From Callorhinchus milii (taxonomy: Eukaryota): DNA of 64,000 bases. The notes under the pieces were generated by a model that was not told the DNA's origin, did no database searches, and saw only the letters and a program-made list of their open reading frames with translations. Of the stretch, positions 1 through 12,214 are shown piece after piece. The stretch lies in contig NW_024704743.1 of assembly GCF_018977255.1 (NCBI RefSeq), forward strand, positions 75,642,001 through 75,706,000, written 5' to 3'. The number at the start of each line of letters is the position of its first letter. The first letter of the stretch is position 1. Both the position numbers and the translations under genes were made by a program.

Positions 1-370
1 GTGATCAAAAGTTTCAATCAAGCGAGTTGTTTCATTTTGTACTGTAGTGCTCAAGGAAATAAGTTGGAAAGTCCTGAAAGGGGAGGTGTTACGTGGCAGC
101 AATGGCGTTCAGTGAATTGTGTCCGAATGACTGCGATGGGTTCAGTGAGGAGGTATTTTTTGAGTCAACGGACATTTATTTTGCCCTTTGTCAAACTCCA
201 TATAGCTCTCACCAGATATCACATTCACCCCCTTTCTAGTAGGGGAATAACAATCAAAAACTGAAATCTTGTCTTATTTTATTCCCCTCCTTAGACTGAC
301 GTTAGGTAACTCAATACAGACCAGGGGTCTCTCCTTGGACCTTATGCTATAATAGCTTGAAAAACTATTT

Positions 371-847
371 TGTCTTAAAACTAAAGATCATGACGATTTG
401 TGGAACATTTGTTTTAATTCAGTCTTAATTTAGAAACCAATTTTCAGCAGCTCTTAATTAGAGCAATTGAAGATTGGATTGGATTGTGGAGTCCTGCAGC
501 TCAGTGGTTAGAGCACTCGCTTTGCAAGCGAGACACCTGAATTCAATTCCAGGCAGGGCAAAACCTTGGGCAAGTTTCCTTACTCCACACACATAATAAT
601 AATCCCTCCAAAACTAAAAACAATAATAAATTGGTTAGTTTCAATCTACGACTGTTTGTGGGACATTACTGTGCGCAATTGGCTTCCGCGTTCACCCACA
701 AATATACAGTCAATTCACTTTACAGTGTGTTCTGTGAAGCACTTTGGGACGTCCTCCCGATGTGAAAAGCGCTATATCAAATGCAAGGATTATTATTATT
801 ATTATTAAGACTTTTTCACAATTATCGTGATCTTGAATTTGAAGACA
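371..847. mobile_element. Palindromic MITE-like element interrupted by a SINE
   Basis: Imperfect ~35-bp inverted ends tgtcttaaaactaaagatcatgacgatttgtggaa / tttttcacaattatcgtgatcttgaatttgaagaca. Related copies lie at ~18221-18381 and ~48990-49070. Confidence 0.55.
486..806 (+). mobile_element. Young tRNA-derived SINE, full length (short variant)
   Basis: tRNA-like head with A/B boxes (agctcagtggttagagc...ttcaattcc), body ccttgggcaagt...gtgggacatt, L2-like tail and (ATT)n end. Many similar copies occur in the window. Confidence 0.92.
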
Positions 848-1207
848 ATATTATCTTATGGGCTTAGACTAGGTGCAATTCAGGTTTGCTCTGCGCTGTG
901 CTCAGTAATGCTCACTATGAACCAGAACCTCTGCTGCTGGGATGATCTCCTTTCTGTCGAGTTGATTAGAATCAGGCCATGAATTTGTACTCATACTATA
1001 GAGCTCCCACTGGAGATTGATTATATTGAATTTTCCCAACAGGATCATTGATTTGCCACTGTCTGATTTGCCCTTGTCTCTGTTTGGACCCTTGGTGCCT
1101 GACCAGCATTGCCACCTTTGCTGTTGTCCAGGAGAACAATTGTTTTTCAGTGCCCACGGTTCCAGTGGTTAACATAAATGTAACTTTACATATTCCTTTT
1201 CTGCCAG

Positions 1208-1354
1208 ATGATCTTTCAAACCTCTCAGATCAGCTTATACAAACCTGTGAGATCAACGAAGAGAATGAGAAGGAAAAGAAAGACCCTGAGCCGGAGTACA
1301 AAAAGCCAAGAAGAAAGGACACCCCAGTTCAGCATGTACCTCCTTTGATCCCAG
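1208..1354 (+). CDS. PPP1R17: PPP1R17 (G-substrate) internal coding exon carrying the PKG phosphosite motif
   Basis: Acceptor ttcctttt-ctgccag and donor CCAG|gtatag; 147 nt, phase 1/1. Translates (D)DLSNLSDQLIQTCEINEENEKEKKDPEPEYKKPRRKDTPVQHVPPLIP(G), matching the G-substrate signature KKPRRKDTP and human DDLSDQ...PPFIPG. Confidence 0.93.
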
Positions 1355-1504
1355 GTATAGTGGCAGTTTGGTAACAGGGGGCTTGTTTTATTCAAGAGTT
1401 CTTTCAATTTTATAATAATAATAACAATCTTTACATTTTGATAAAGTACCTTAAAACATCTCAAAGTGCTTTACTGAATTTTACTGTGAAGTGCAGTGAC
1501 TGTG

Positions 1505-3782
1505 ACTGGAAGAAGTTACCCCCACAATCCCTAACCGCTGCCTTGGAGTCCTCTGAACTCCTCTCCCTCTGGCCTTCAACCCTTACTGACCCCTCTTCTC
1601 CTCTCACCCTCCTCCACAACACCCTCTCCTCCACACTCGACACTCTTGCCCCCATCACCTCCCGTACTGTCTCCTACTCTCGCTTCTCCCTCTGGTTCAC
1701 CACCCACCTCCGCTCACTGAAGAGCCAGGTGCGGGCCGCTGAAGGCACCTGCATCAAATCTGGCCTAACGGTCCACCGACAAATCTGGCTGGACCTCCTC
1801 AAAATCTACCGCTCCACTCTAGCTTCGGTCAAGTCGTCCTTCTACTCCAGGATAATCCTGGAGGTGAAGAACAACCCCAGGCTACTGTTTTCTACCACAT
1901 CCCGACTCCTCCATCCCCCCCGCCACCCCGCGCAGGTCATCTCCTCCAACCTTCACTGCGAGGAGATGCTGGATTTCCTTGAATCCAAAATCAAGGGAAT
2001 TCGCTCCGCGGTCACTTCCCCTCCAACATCCACACCCACCCCCACCCCTCCCTCCCACACTCCAACTCCTACCCATCCTCACCTGCACACTTTCGTACCC
2101 GTTTCCCCACCCTCTGTCACCAAACTCATCCTATCCCTGAAACCCACCACCTGCTCCCTTGACCCCATCCCCACTCCACTCCTTATCTCCCAGCTCCACC
2201 TTCTTGCCCCACATATCACAGACATCGTCAACCTGTCCCTCTCCTCTGGCTCTGTTCCCATTCCCTTAAAAACTGCCACCATCACTCCCACCTTGAAAAA
2301 ACCCTCCCTTGATGCGTCGCAGCTATCAAGCTACCGGCCCATCTCCAACCTCCCCTCCAAAATCCCCTGTCCAAGGTCCTTGAACGAGTTGTCGCCTCCC
2401 AGCTGTGCTCTTTCCTCTCCACTCATTCATTATTCGAACCCCTTCAGTCGGGTTTCCGTGCTGCCCATAGCACAGAAACTGCCCTGGTCAAGGTCACCAA
2501 TGACATCCTGACCATCTGTGACCAGGGCTCCCTCTGCCTCCTCGTCCTCCTCGACCTATCGGCAGCATTCGATACGGTCGACCACGCTATCCTCCTCCAC
2601 CGCTTGTCCTCCCATCTCAACCTTCAAGGCCCTGTCCTTGAGTGGTTTAGGTCGTACCTCTCCCACCGTCTTCACTTTGTTTCCACGAACAGCTTTTCCT
2701 CTGGCCCCCGCACTGTCTCGTGCGGTGTCCCTCAGGGCTCTGTCCTCGGTCCCCTCCTCTTCACCCTCTATATGCTCCCCCTTGGTGACATCATCCGCAG
2801 ACATGGGGTTAACTTCCACATGTATGCGGATGACACCCAACTCTACCTTTCCTCCTCTACCATCAACTCCACGACCACCGATGTCCTGACAGCTGCCTGT
2901 CCGACATCGAGTCCTGGACGAGAGACAACTTTCTTCAGCTCAATGTGTGCAAAACTGAGGCCCTCCTGATTGGGTCGCATCAGCGCCTCCGCACCTCAGG
3001 CGCTGACAGCATCAGCATCCAAGGCTGCACTCTCCACCTCTCAAAGCCATCAGGAACCTCGGGTTCTGTTCGACCCTGAGCTGTCCTTTCTCCCTCATAT
3101 CCGCGCCACAACTGGCACCGCCTTCCATCACCTCCGGAATATCGCCAGACTACGGCACTACCTCACCCCTCACGCTGCTGAAACTCTGGTCCACGCCTTT
3201 ATCACCTCAAGGCTGGACTATGGGAACTCTCTCCTCGCCGGCCTTCCCGGCACCTCCCTCCACAAGCTGCAGGTCATTCAGAACTCTGCAGCTCGTGTAC
3301 TGTCCCGCACCAGGCTTCGCGACCACATCACTCCCACCCTCGCTCGCCTCCACTGGCTCCCCATCCCCAGAGGATCGAATTCAAGATCCTCATCCTCACC
3401 TACAAGGCCATTCACGGCCTTGCTCCCTCCTATCTCTCTGACCTACTATCCGCCTGGCTCCGGTCTGCTCCATATCCCCCGCCCCAACCGCCCTACCATC
3501 GGTGGCCGGGCCTTCAGCCTCTCAGCCCCGAGGCTCTGGAACTCTATCCCCCAGTGCCTTCGCCGCCTCCTCCCTTTCCTCCTTCAAGGCCGGTCTCAAG
3601 ACCTTTCTCTTTGACCGTGCCTTCAGCTCCCCTCTCGACTCTCTACCCCTCCTCGCTCCCTCCCTTCCCTCCCCTCACCCTGACCATTTCCCCCCTGCTT
3701 AGGTCCTGACCCAACTGTACAGCGCCTCGGGACGTCATCCCGATGTGAAAGGCTCTCTATAAATGGAATCTTGTTGTTGTTG
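1505..3782 (+). mobile_element. L2-clade LINE, 5'-truncated ORF2 (RT) with frameshifts, inserted into an older DeuSINE-like copy
   Basis: [41 protein letters not shown] and LHWLP motifs with a (GTT)n tail. SINE halves on the - strand at ~1425-1504 and ~3781-3945 rejoin across a tgtg duplication. Confidence 0.95.
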
Positions 3783-5529
3783 TGTATTTTGCAGGATAAT
3801 GCGGCAGCCAATTTGCACACAATAATGTCCCACAAATAGCCATAAGGTGAATGATCAATTTTATCTGGGGGCTTGTTGGCCAGGACACTGGGAGAAATTC
3901 TCTTTACTTTTCAAATAGTGCCATAGGATCTTTAACTTCCACCTAATTTAGGTACATCAAAATAATTCAGAGAATCATTGAAATAATTCATAGTAGGATA
4001 ATTTGGTGGTTCTCTATCATACATTTGGTTTGGATGATCATAATTGTATCTAACTTTTGATCTGTAATGATGGAGCTGAGCTGTTTATACCCCACTTTCA
4101 ACCTTTTAGTTTTCTAACTGTTTAAGATTTGAATTGGCTTGACCCTTTCAAAGATGTGGCCATGCATTAAACAGGCTGTACCTCAGCACACTGGGTGCCA
4201 ATTGTATTGTTTTGTAAAGACCTGAATTCATGACGTGTTTGAAGGAAAGTCTGTAAAATAATGTGGTTGTTCCCATCTGCTGTGGCTGCAGTACTATCTC
4301 AGTTGCTGTGTGTATATTGCATGTTCACTATGAGTTGGTAGAAATTCACTATCAAGAGTTCAATGGAAATAGTTGTATCAGTCTGAATTGCGTAGGAGCA
4401 TGCTACTGACTTCAACAGAAGAAGATTTGGGTAATTAAACATTTTCCACCGCTTCAGTATAAACAGTGAATCTGCATGCCACTAGGCTGACTTCTGAGGC
4501 TTGTTCAAAGCACTCAAGCCTTCCCTCGGATGACATGAGAACTCTGAACACAACAATTTTACTTTTATTAAAGAGAGCATTGTGTGATCAGCTCTTCAGT
4601 TGTGTCAAAGAAACAAACATTGGAGTTTGCTACTCTTCTCAATGCACCTACAAGCAAACTGGGTGTTTATTTTTCCCGGCTCAGTTGAGGTGTAATGTGG
4701 AATGGGCAGTATAACCCAGCTTCCTGGTATCATTTCACTCTCATGCCAGCAGCAAAAGTGCACCAATTGATATGCTAATTCTTTAATAACCTTGTTCTGT
4801 AAGCATGATCAAGCCAAACACACTAACATAGGCATATTAAACCAAACATACACCATATATTTCACCCACAAAATGCAGTCACACCACTTTGCAGCATATC
4901 ATGTGAGTCACTTTGAGACATCTCAATGACATATGTAGATGCTCTGTAATGCACGATGCTACAGCACCACTTTTACTCGATGACCCACCAGGTGCAACTG
5001 CAGTGAAAAATGCAAAAGTGAAACACATGTTAGGTCATAACTCATGAACAAATATGCCCATGCCACTCCCAGTTTCAGGACCTTTCTGATGAGGTATAAA
5101 TCATATCTCAACGTCAATCGGTTATTGAAATTCTTCTTATAGCGCAGACAGACATTATTGTTTTATTTGTAAAGAAGATGGAGATCACTGATGGATTGCT
5201 CTGTCAATTGAAACATTGTAGACTATGAACAATCAGCATGAAGATGATGAATTTAATTGTTTATGTAAAGATCAGAACATCAATTTGTACTGAGATTATA
5301 TCATAATTCAGATGAAATAGAGAAGACAAGAACTAAGTAGCTCTACATCCTTTTTTCTTTTGTTAGTCTGGCTCAGCACTCTCAGCATCCAACTCCATCC
5401 CTGTAAAGCACTCTGAGATGTTACCCTATATGAATACCACTATACAAATGTTGTTGTTGTTGTTATATCCAGTTAATACATGAATAGCCTAACTTACAAA
5501 TTAGATTTTGCATTTGATCATTGTACATC

Positions 5530-6888
5530 TATTTGCCCCTCCCTACCCCTCTATTCACTGACACTGTAAATCTCTCCTTGTCCTCTGGTACTGTTCCCAC
5601 CCAATTAAAAAATGCTGTCATCATTCCTATCTTTAAAAAAACCTCTCTGGATCCTTCTCTTCTCCCTTACTACTGCCCCATCTCCAACCTCCCTTTCCTC
5701 TCCAAGGTCCTGGAACGAGTTGTTGCTTCTCAGCTTCGCTCCTTCCTCTCCCGCCACTCCTTTCACGAACCCCTCCAATCATGTTTCCATGCTGCCCACA
5801 GCACAGAAACAGTCCTGGTCAAAGTGGCAAATGACATTCTGTCCATCTGCGACCAGGGCTCCCTCTGCCTCCTTGTCCTCTCTGCTGCTTTTGACACTGT
5901 CGACTACTCTATCCTCATCCACCGCCGCTCTTCGCACCTCAACCTCCACAGCACTGTTCTTGTCAGGTTAAGATCATACCTCTCATACTGCCTGCACTTC
6001 ATCTTCTCAAACGACTTCTCCTCTAGCCCCAAGACCGTCTCGTGCGGTGTTCCTCAGGGCTCTGTCCTCTTCCAATATCTATATGCTCCCTCTTGGTGAC
6101 ACCATCCGCAGACATGGGGTCAACTTCCACATGTATGTGGATGAAACCCAACTCTATCTCTCTGCCTCCACCCTTGACTCCAGGACTCAATGCTGTCCTG
6201 ATAGAATGTCTGTCAGACAGCAAGTCAAGAAGATGTGAAAAGCACGATATCAAATGCAAGGATTATTATTATTATTGTAAGTCCTGGATGAGAGCTAACT
6301 TTCTTCAGTTGAACGTCAACAAGACTGAGACTCTCCTGATTGGCTCCTGTCAGTCGGTTCTGACACTGTCTCACACCGCAGACCACCAAAACCCTCATAC
6401 ACGCCTTCATTATATCGAGGCTCGACTATGTAAACTCATTGCTTGTTGGCCTCCCCAACTCCTCCCTCCACAGGCTGCAGATCATCCAGAACTCTGCAGC
6501 CCGTGTCCTCTTCCGCGCAGGCTCCACGACCCGATCACCCCCATCCTTGCCCAACTCCACTGGCTTCCCATCGCACAGAGGATACCGTTCAAGATGCTGG
6601 TCCTCACTTGACCTAATTGATCCATCCCTGCTGATGTTCGAGACCCAAATACTCTTGACATATATCTGAGATAATAATAATAATATTAATAATCCTTGCA
6701 TTTGATATAGCACTTTTCACATCTTCACACCTCCCCTCTCGACTCTCTACCCCCTCCTCGTCCCTCCCTTCCCTCCCCTCACCCTGACCAGTTCCCCCCT
6801 GCTCGGATCCCAACTGTCCAGCGCCTTGGGACGTCCTCCCGACATGAAAGGCGCTCTATAAATACAATCTTGTTGTTGTTGTTGTTGT
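5530..6888 (+). mobile_element. Decayed L2 LINE fragment(s) with inserted SINE tails
   Basis: [22 protein letters not shown] and YVDETQLY motifs. A SINE tail at ~6228-6278 is flanked by an aagtc duplication, another lies at ~6672-6728, and the element ends in (GTT)n. Confidence 0.88.
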
Positions 6889-7153
6889 CTCAAAGTGCTT
6901 CACAGAATATTCTGTAAAGTGAATTAACTGCACATTTGTGGGCAAAATGCGGCAGCCAATTGCAAACAGCAGTGTCCCACAAACAGTCCTGGATTGAAGT
7001 GAACAATTTATTGTTGTGTTTTTTTTTCTTGAGGAATTATTATCAGGTGTGTGGAGTAAGGAAATTTGCCCAAGGTTTCACTCTGCTGGGAATTGAACCC
7101 AGGTCTCTTGCTTGCGAGACGAGTGCTCTAACCACTGAGCTACAGGACTCCAC
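6887..7153 (-). mobile_element. tRNA-derived SINE lacking its terminal tail
   Basis: Reverse complement of the SINE head (ctgagctacaggactccac) and body. Confidence 0.88.
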
Positions 7154-7429
7154 TACAGGAATATTGATTCGACAACCGAACCTCTGGAACTCTCTTTCCT
7201 AATCCCTCTGCCATTGTCCTCTCTTTGCCTGTCTTCAGATCGTACCTCAAGATTTTCTTCTTTGACCAGTTTTAAGGTCACCTCCCCCTCTACCTGGTTT
7301 GGTGTCAACTTTTGCCATCATTGAGTGCGCTCAGTCACCACCCTGTGCAAACATTATTGTTAGTAATGGTTTGGTGTTGAAGTCTACTTGATTCTGCCCA
7401 TTGTTTTCATCCTGGATCACCTCTTCATT

Positions 7430-7812
7430 GCAGGAATATAGGAACAGGAATTGGCCATACAGCCCCTCAAGCTTGTTCCACCAATCTATAAGATCATGGC
7501 TGGAACATAGGAACATTTAGGAATTAGGAGCAGGAGTAGGCCATTCGGCATCTCAAGCCTGCCCCGCCATTCCATAAGGTCATGGCTGATCTTCTAACCT
7601 AACTCCATTTACCTGCCCTATCCCCATATCCCTTAATCCCTCAATCCTTTGGAAACCTATCAATCTCAATCTTGAATATGTTCAAGGACTGAGCATCTAC
7701 AGCCTTCTGGGGTAGAGAATTCCATAAATTCACTATCCTCTGAGTGAAGAAGTGTTTCCTCAACTCAGTTCGAAAGGGATGTCCCTTAATCTTAAGACTG
7801 TGATCACTAGTT
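7430..7812 (-). mobile_element. CR1 LINE 3' ends (two adjacent tails)
   Basis: GHPFRTELRKHFFTQRIVNLWNSLP on the - strand and ggaacatagg tail repeats. Closely matches the copy at 28160-28944. Confidence 0.88.
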
Positions 7813-8084
7813 CTATAGGCTGATCTGTACTTGAACTCCAACTCCAATTGGAGTTACATTAACAGTGCCTGTGAAATGTCAATCTGCCCTTTGACTGCTC
7901 CAGTTGGCATCTGGTATTGCTTAATCTGACGCCGCCATTCCCACATGCTAAATCCTACGTTAAACCCTACCTCTTCAATCACACCTATGGTCTCCTCTCC
8001 TTCTACCTCCACCTCTTCCTTTTCTCTTGCTTTGTAGCCGACCCCGTCTTTTTAAAGAAGCCCCCTGAAAGGTTTAAAGAGCAT

Positions 8085-8360
8085 TACAAGATCAAGTTCT
8101 CACAAGATTCGTTTGGATAAAGAAGGCCCTTCGATCTGGTCTGATCCTTCTCGATCCTGTCATTCCCCTTCGCAGCATCAAGCTGCTTTTTAAATGAATC
8201 CATCATCCTGGCCTCAACCACCTTTCCTGACAACCAGTTCCAGTCGTTGATTACCCTTTGCATTAAGAAAAACATCCTGTCATCTGTCCTACTGTCATGT
8301 TGCATCTAAAATTATTGTTCTGGGTTTAGGTTTTCAATCCCATTCATGCATTGAGAATCT
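8085..8360 (-). mobile_element. CR1 LINE 3' fragment (second family)
   Basis: FFLMQRVINDWNWLSGKVVEA...SFKKQLD on the - strand, with a cacaagat-type tail. Confidence 0.75.
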
Positions 8361-9047
8361 GAAGGAATCAATGACCTCACAGTAATAATGCTACTCAGAC
8401 AAGGTATTGAAATTCCCAATAAAATGATGACTCGTGACGTATTAATCAACACTAAGAAACACTAACATTGTTAAGCATGGTCAATTAAGTCAGTCAGTGA
8501 TTAAAGACTGTCGATGTGTGTGAGAATCACCCCCCCCCCCCCCCACTCCCATCCCATGTTTATCAGCTGATCTCTGAGTATTGATCGAAAATCACCTTTT
8601 ACATTAAATTATGTAAATGATTCAGAAAAAACTATATTATTTAACCTTTTACTGGAGGTTTCTTATTTCTTCTTTAGAATCGAAATGTCATTCAATATTA
8701 TTAGGAAAACAGTTCAGAGAGATGGACAATTGTAATATTAAAAAATGGCAACAACAACATTTTTGCATTTGTGTAGCGCCTTCATGTGGTGCAGTGTCTT
8801 GGAGCACTGACCACAACTTATAGGAGCTTCAAAGGTAATGTCAAAAGGCAAACACGACTGTGCCAATGAAGTAATACAAATGAGCTATGGGATCTTACAC
8901 ATTTCATGAAAGGACAATGAGAATACTACAGCAGCAGCAGTCAGACAACTTTGAGTGTGTGGTTGACCACTTGTCACTTCCCTTCTCTCACCTTTCTTCA
9001 CCTCTGCGTGGTTTTGCCATGTTCAGTACATCATGTTTTCATTCCAG

Positions 9048-9127
9048 GTGTAAAATTGCTTAAAGAAGAGCAGCGGACAGTGTATGCAGAGGATGAAGAA
9101 AAGGATGGAGAAAAATTAACTGTTTAA
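9048..9127 (+). CDS. PPP1R17: PPP1R17 terminal coding exon
   Basis: Acceptor gttttcattccag; phase 1 continues the 1208-1354 exon. Translates (G)VKLLKEEQRTVYAEDEEKDGEKLTV* (TAA TAG), similar to the human C-terminus GVTLLRDERPKAIVEDDEKDGDKIAI. Confidence 0.93.
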
Positions 9128-9294
9128 TAGTTGCGCAACAGACGGCAAGAACCATTCACTCGACTGCTTATCAAATGTGCCAACTTTCTAAACACAGCAA
9201 TGTGTTTCCTTTTACTAACACTGGCACAATTCATGATCAATGTAGATTCATAATCCATTATTTAAGATGTATTAGTCATCAGATATAAAAAAAT

Positions 9295-9381
9295 AATAAA
9301 ATATTTCCGGAAAAGCTACGCAGGCTGATTATTTTTTGTAATCACGAGTCTTAACGCAGAGTTCAAACGATGCAAAATAAA
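9295..9381 (+). terminator. Candidate PPP1R17 polyadenylation signals
   Basis: AATAAA at 9295-9300 and 9376-9381, downstream of the stop at 9127. Confidence 0.45.
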
Positions 9382-9739
9382 GCTCAGCTGTCACTCTCTT
9401 TATTGACATGACTCAAAGCATGTGATACCTTGAAGGTTGGCGTTGCTGAGTTCGACTCAATGAAAGGATAGTGCATGCTCGCTTGTTAATCTTTGTCCAC
9501 TTTCACTTACCAATTTATTCTCCATAATCAAACTGCCTCGTAAGGTATTTCTGATTAATTTAAGGTGTGGGGGAAGGATTTAAACAAATGCAAGGGGGAA
9601 GAAAGAATGAGAATGCATCTTAGAATGGGACAGTTTTGAAGAGGAAGTAAACATTGATAACATAGGGGCAATAGGTCTAGAAAAACTTGGGTAAAAGAGA
9701 GGGTAACAGCCAAAAGGGAAGAATCAGATTAAGAGGATA

Positions 9740-10125
9740 ATAATAATAATAATTATCCATAAATTTGATATAACATATTTCATATCAGGAGAACATCTCA
9801 AAGTGCTTCACAGGATTTACTGTTAAGTGCACTGATGTGTATTTGTAAGTAATTGCAGCCACCAATTTGACACAGCAATATCCCACAAACAGCTATGAAA
9901 TGAGTAACCAATTTTATTTTGGGGAGCGTTGGCCAGGACACTGGAGACACTACTTTCTCTTACTGAGTAGTGCCACAGGATCTTTAACATCCACCTGGAC
10001 AGGCAGACGGAAGCTTGGTTTATTATCTCACCCAAAGGTCAGCACCTCCGAGAATACAAAGCACCACCACCTCTGAATTGAAGTGTCAGCCTGGACAGTG
10101 AGTTCAAAGTCCCAACATGGGGACA
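9740..10125 (-). mobile_element. Old DeuSINE-like SINE
   Basis: Deu-domain-like motifs on the - strand (ggctgacact...taaagatcctgtggcact...gtgtcctggcc) and an L2-like tail. Confidence 0.75.
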
Positions 10126-10988
10126 AGATAAGATATATTCCGACTGAGATAATCAACATTCACTCTCACTCCCACAGACACACTGTGGCTACAGAATGCA
10201 CTGCAGCCACTCACTAACCTTACTTTGATAGCATCAGCCAGCCCTGCAAACTCCATCATCCAGAGCAGCAGAATTCACCAGCTTTTTTCTCCTCTCCAAG
10301 ATGAGTAAAAATAAAACAATTGTCCAATTCAGCTTCATTTTAATAAATGTGAGGTACTAAGCGTTGATAAAAAGAAAATTGAATGGAAATGTAGCCTGAA
10401 GAGTAAAGCATTCAATAGAGTGAATGAGCAGAGGAATAATTTCATTAAAACTGGGACATCAGGTACACAAAGCTATCCGGAAGACAAATGTGATTCTGTG
10501 ATTCACAAATAGGGGTATAAGAACAGGGTCGTACTGTTGGAATTGTGTAGGACATTGGTTCAGTCACAGTTGGAGTGTTGTATTCAGTTACAGGAAGCAT
10601 TCCTAACGTTCACAAAGATCACAAGATTGGTTTGGATAAAGAAGGCCCTTTGGCCCACTTGATCTCAACCTCCCAGAAAAGCCACCTGACCAGTGCAGCG
10701 CACATGCTAGGACACACTGGATATAAGACAATAAATGTGAGGAAGGGAGATGAGCTAAATTGAGATTTTTGTCAATGGGATGGAAGAGATTCAGAAAAGA
10801 TACACATAGAAATGCTTACAATTCTAAAGGTGAATGACAAGGTAAATAAGGAACCACATTTCCTTTAATTGGGAAATGAGTGACAGGTCTCAAGAATGTT
10901 AGCAGCTTGTTAGTGTGAGGCTTGAAGAAATTTCCTCAGAAGGTGGGGAATTCCTGACCCCAAATAGTCACTGAGGTGAGATCAATGG

Positions 10989-11309
10989 AATAATAATAAT
11001 AATCCTTGCATTTGATATAGCGCTTTTCACGTCGGGAGGACGTCCCAAAGTGCTTCACAGAACACACTGTAAAGTGAATTGACTGTATATTTGTGGGCGA
11101 ACGCGGCAGCCAATTGCGCACAGCAATGTCTCACAAACAGTCATAGATTGAAAATGACCAATTTACTATTGTTTTGTTTTTAGGAGGGATTATTATTAGG
11201 CTCTGTGTGGAGTAAGGAAACTTGCCCAAGGTTTCGCCCTGCCTGGAATTGAACTCAGGTCTCTCGCTTGCAAAGCAAGTGCTCTAACCACTGAGCTACA
11301 GGACTCCAC
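10989..11309 (-). mobile_element. Young tRNA-derived SINE, full length, inserted in an old CR1
   Basis: Complete head-body-tail. Target-site duplication aatggaat at 10984-10991 and 11310-11317; decayed CR1 sequence on both sides (~10400-11470). Confidence 0.93.
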
Positions 11310-12214
11310 AATGGAATGATGTAAAAGGAAACTGGATATGCACTTGAGAAGTAAAAACAAAGTAAAGACATATGAGGAAAGACCTGGAAAGTGAAATGAA
11401 TAAAAAGGATGACTGAAAAAAGCATGGAGGAAGCAGTGGCACAGACATTTTGGGCCAAAGTTTCTATGTTTCCATCTGATCTGTACTCAAATCTCTATGT
11501 CGCACCAGGAATATTTGGCCATTTATATCAAGAATTTCTCAAAAAATGTTGACAGTCCTCAAACTGTATAATGTGCACTGTGCTAACAAGGGTCAATCAG
11601 AACCAAAACCATTAGGAAGTCAATGTAGCATTTAATAGGATACTTGAAGACACCTCAGCAATTACAACACATTACTTTGGAGAATTTATAAGGACTTATT
11701 CAACCATTCAGAGAAAAGACTAGACAACATGAAAATTCCTGAAAATAAGCAATAGGGAAAACCATAATTAACAATAGTAGACACTGAACAACGTAAAACA
11801 CAGAATAAGTAGATGATATGCAAAGCAAATCTGAAATGATTTAAGAAGATTAACTTTGACTACTTTTATATAGTGTGGACAGGCTTATGAAATGTATTGA
11901 AATTAATGTAAGTATGATATGAAATGCAATAAAACAGGCTTACTTGCAATGTCAACTTAAACAACAGGCAAGATGCTAGCATACATCAATGGTATTTTCA
12001 GTCCTATTATTACTAGGCCTCACCTAGTTTCAATATGTAATGAAGCTACTAATCTGAACGCAAAGTTTTGTTCTTGTAAAGTGCACAGTTTACCAGATTT
12101 GCACAAGAAGCTTTGTCCTTTCTTGCCTGTTTAGAGCCACCTGCCAAACTCTAATAAACTGGAACTGGTTTGCTGGGTTGAATGGCTCTCTTGTGCTCCT
12201 GTTTGCCTGTATTC

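Noticed and set aside
486..560. tRNA-Ala(TGC)-like sequence, repeated at many sites
   Set aside because: It lacks a proper acceptor stem and is always fused to the same body and tail, so these are SINE heads and not tRNA genes.
566..808. Recurrent small ORF ending [12 protein letters not shown]
   Set aside because: It is the incidental translation of the SINE body and (ATT)n tail.
1438..3614. Long ORFs (357 aa, 214 aa) as host genes
   Set aside because: They are frameshifted pieces of a 5'-truncated L2 ORF2 lacking the endonuclease domain.
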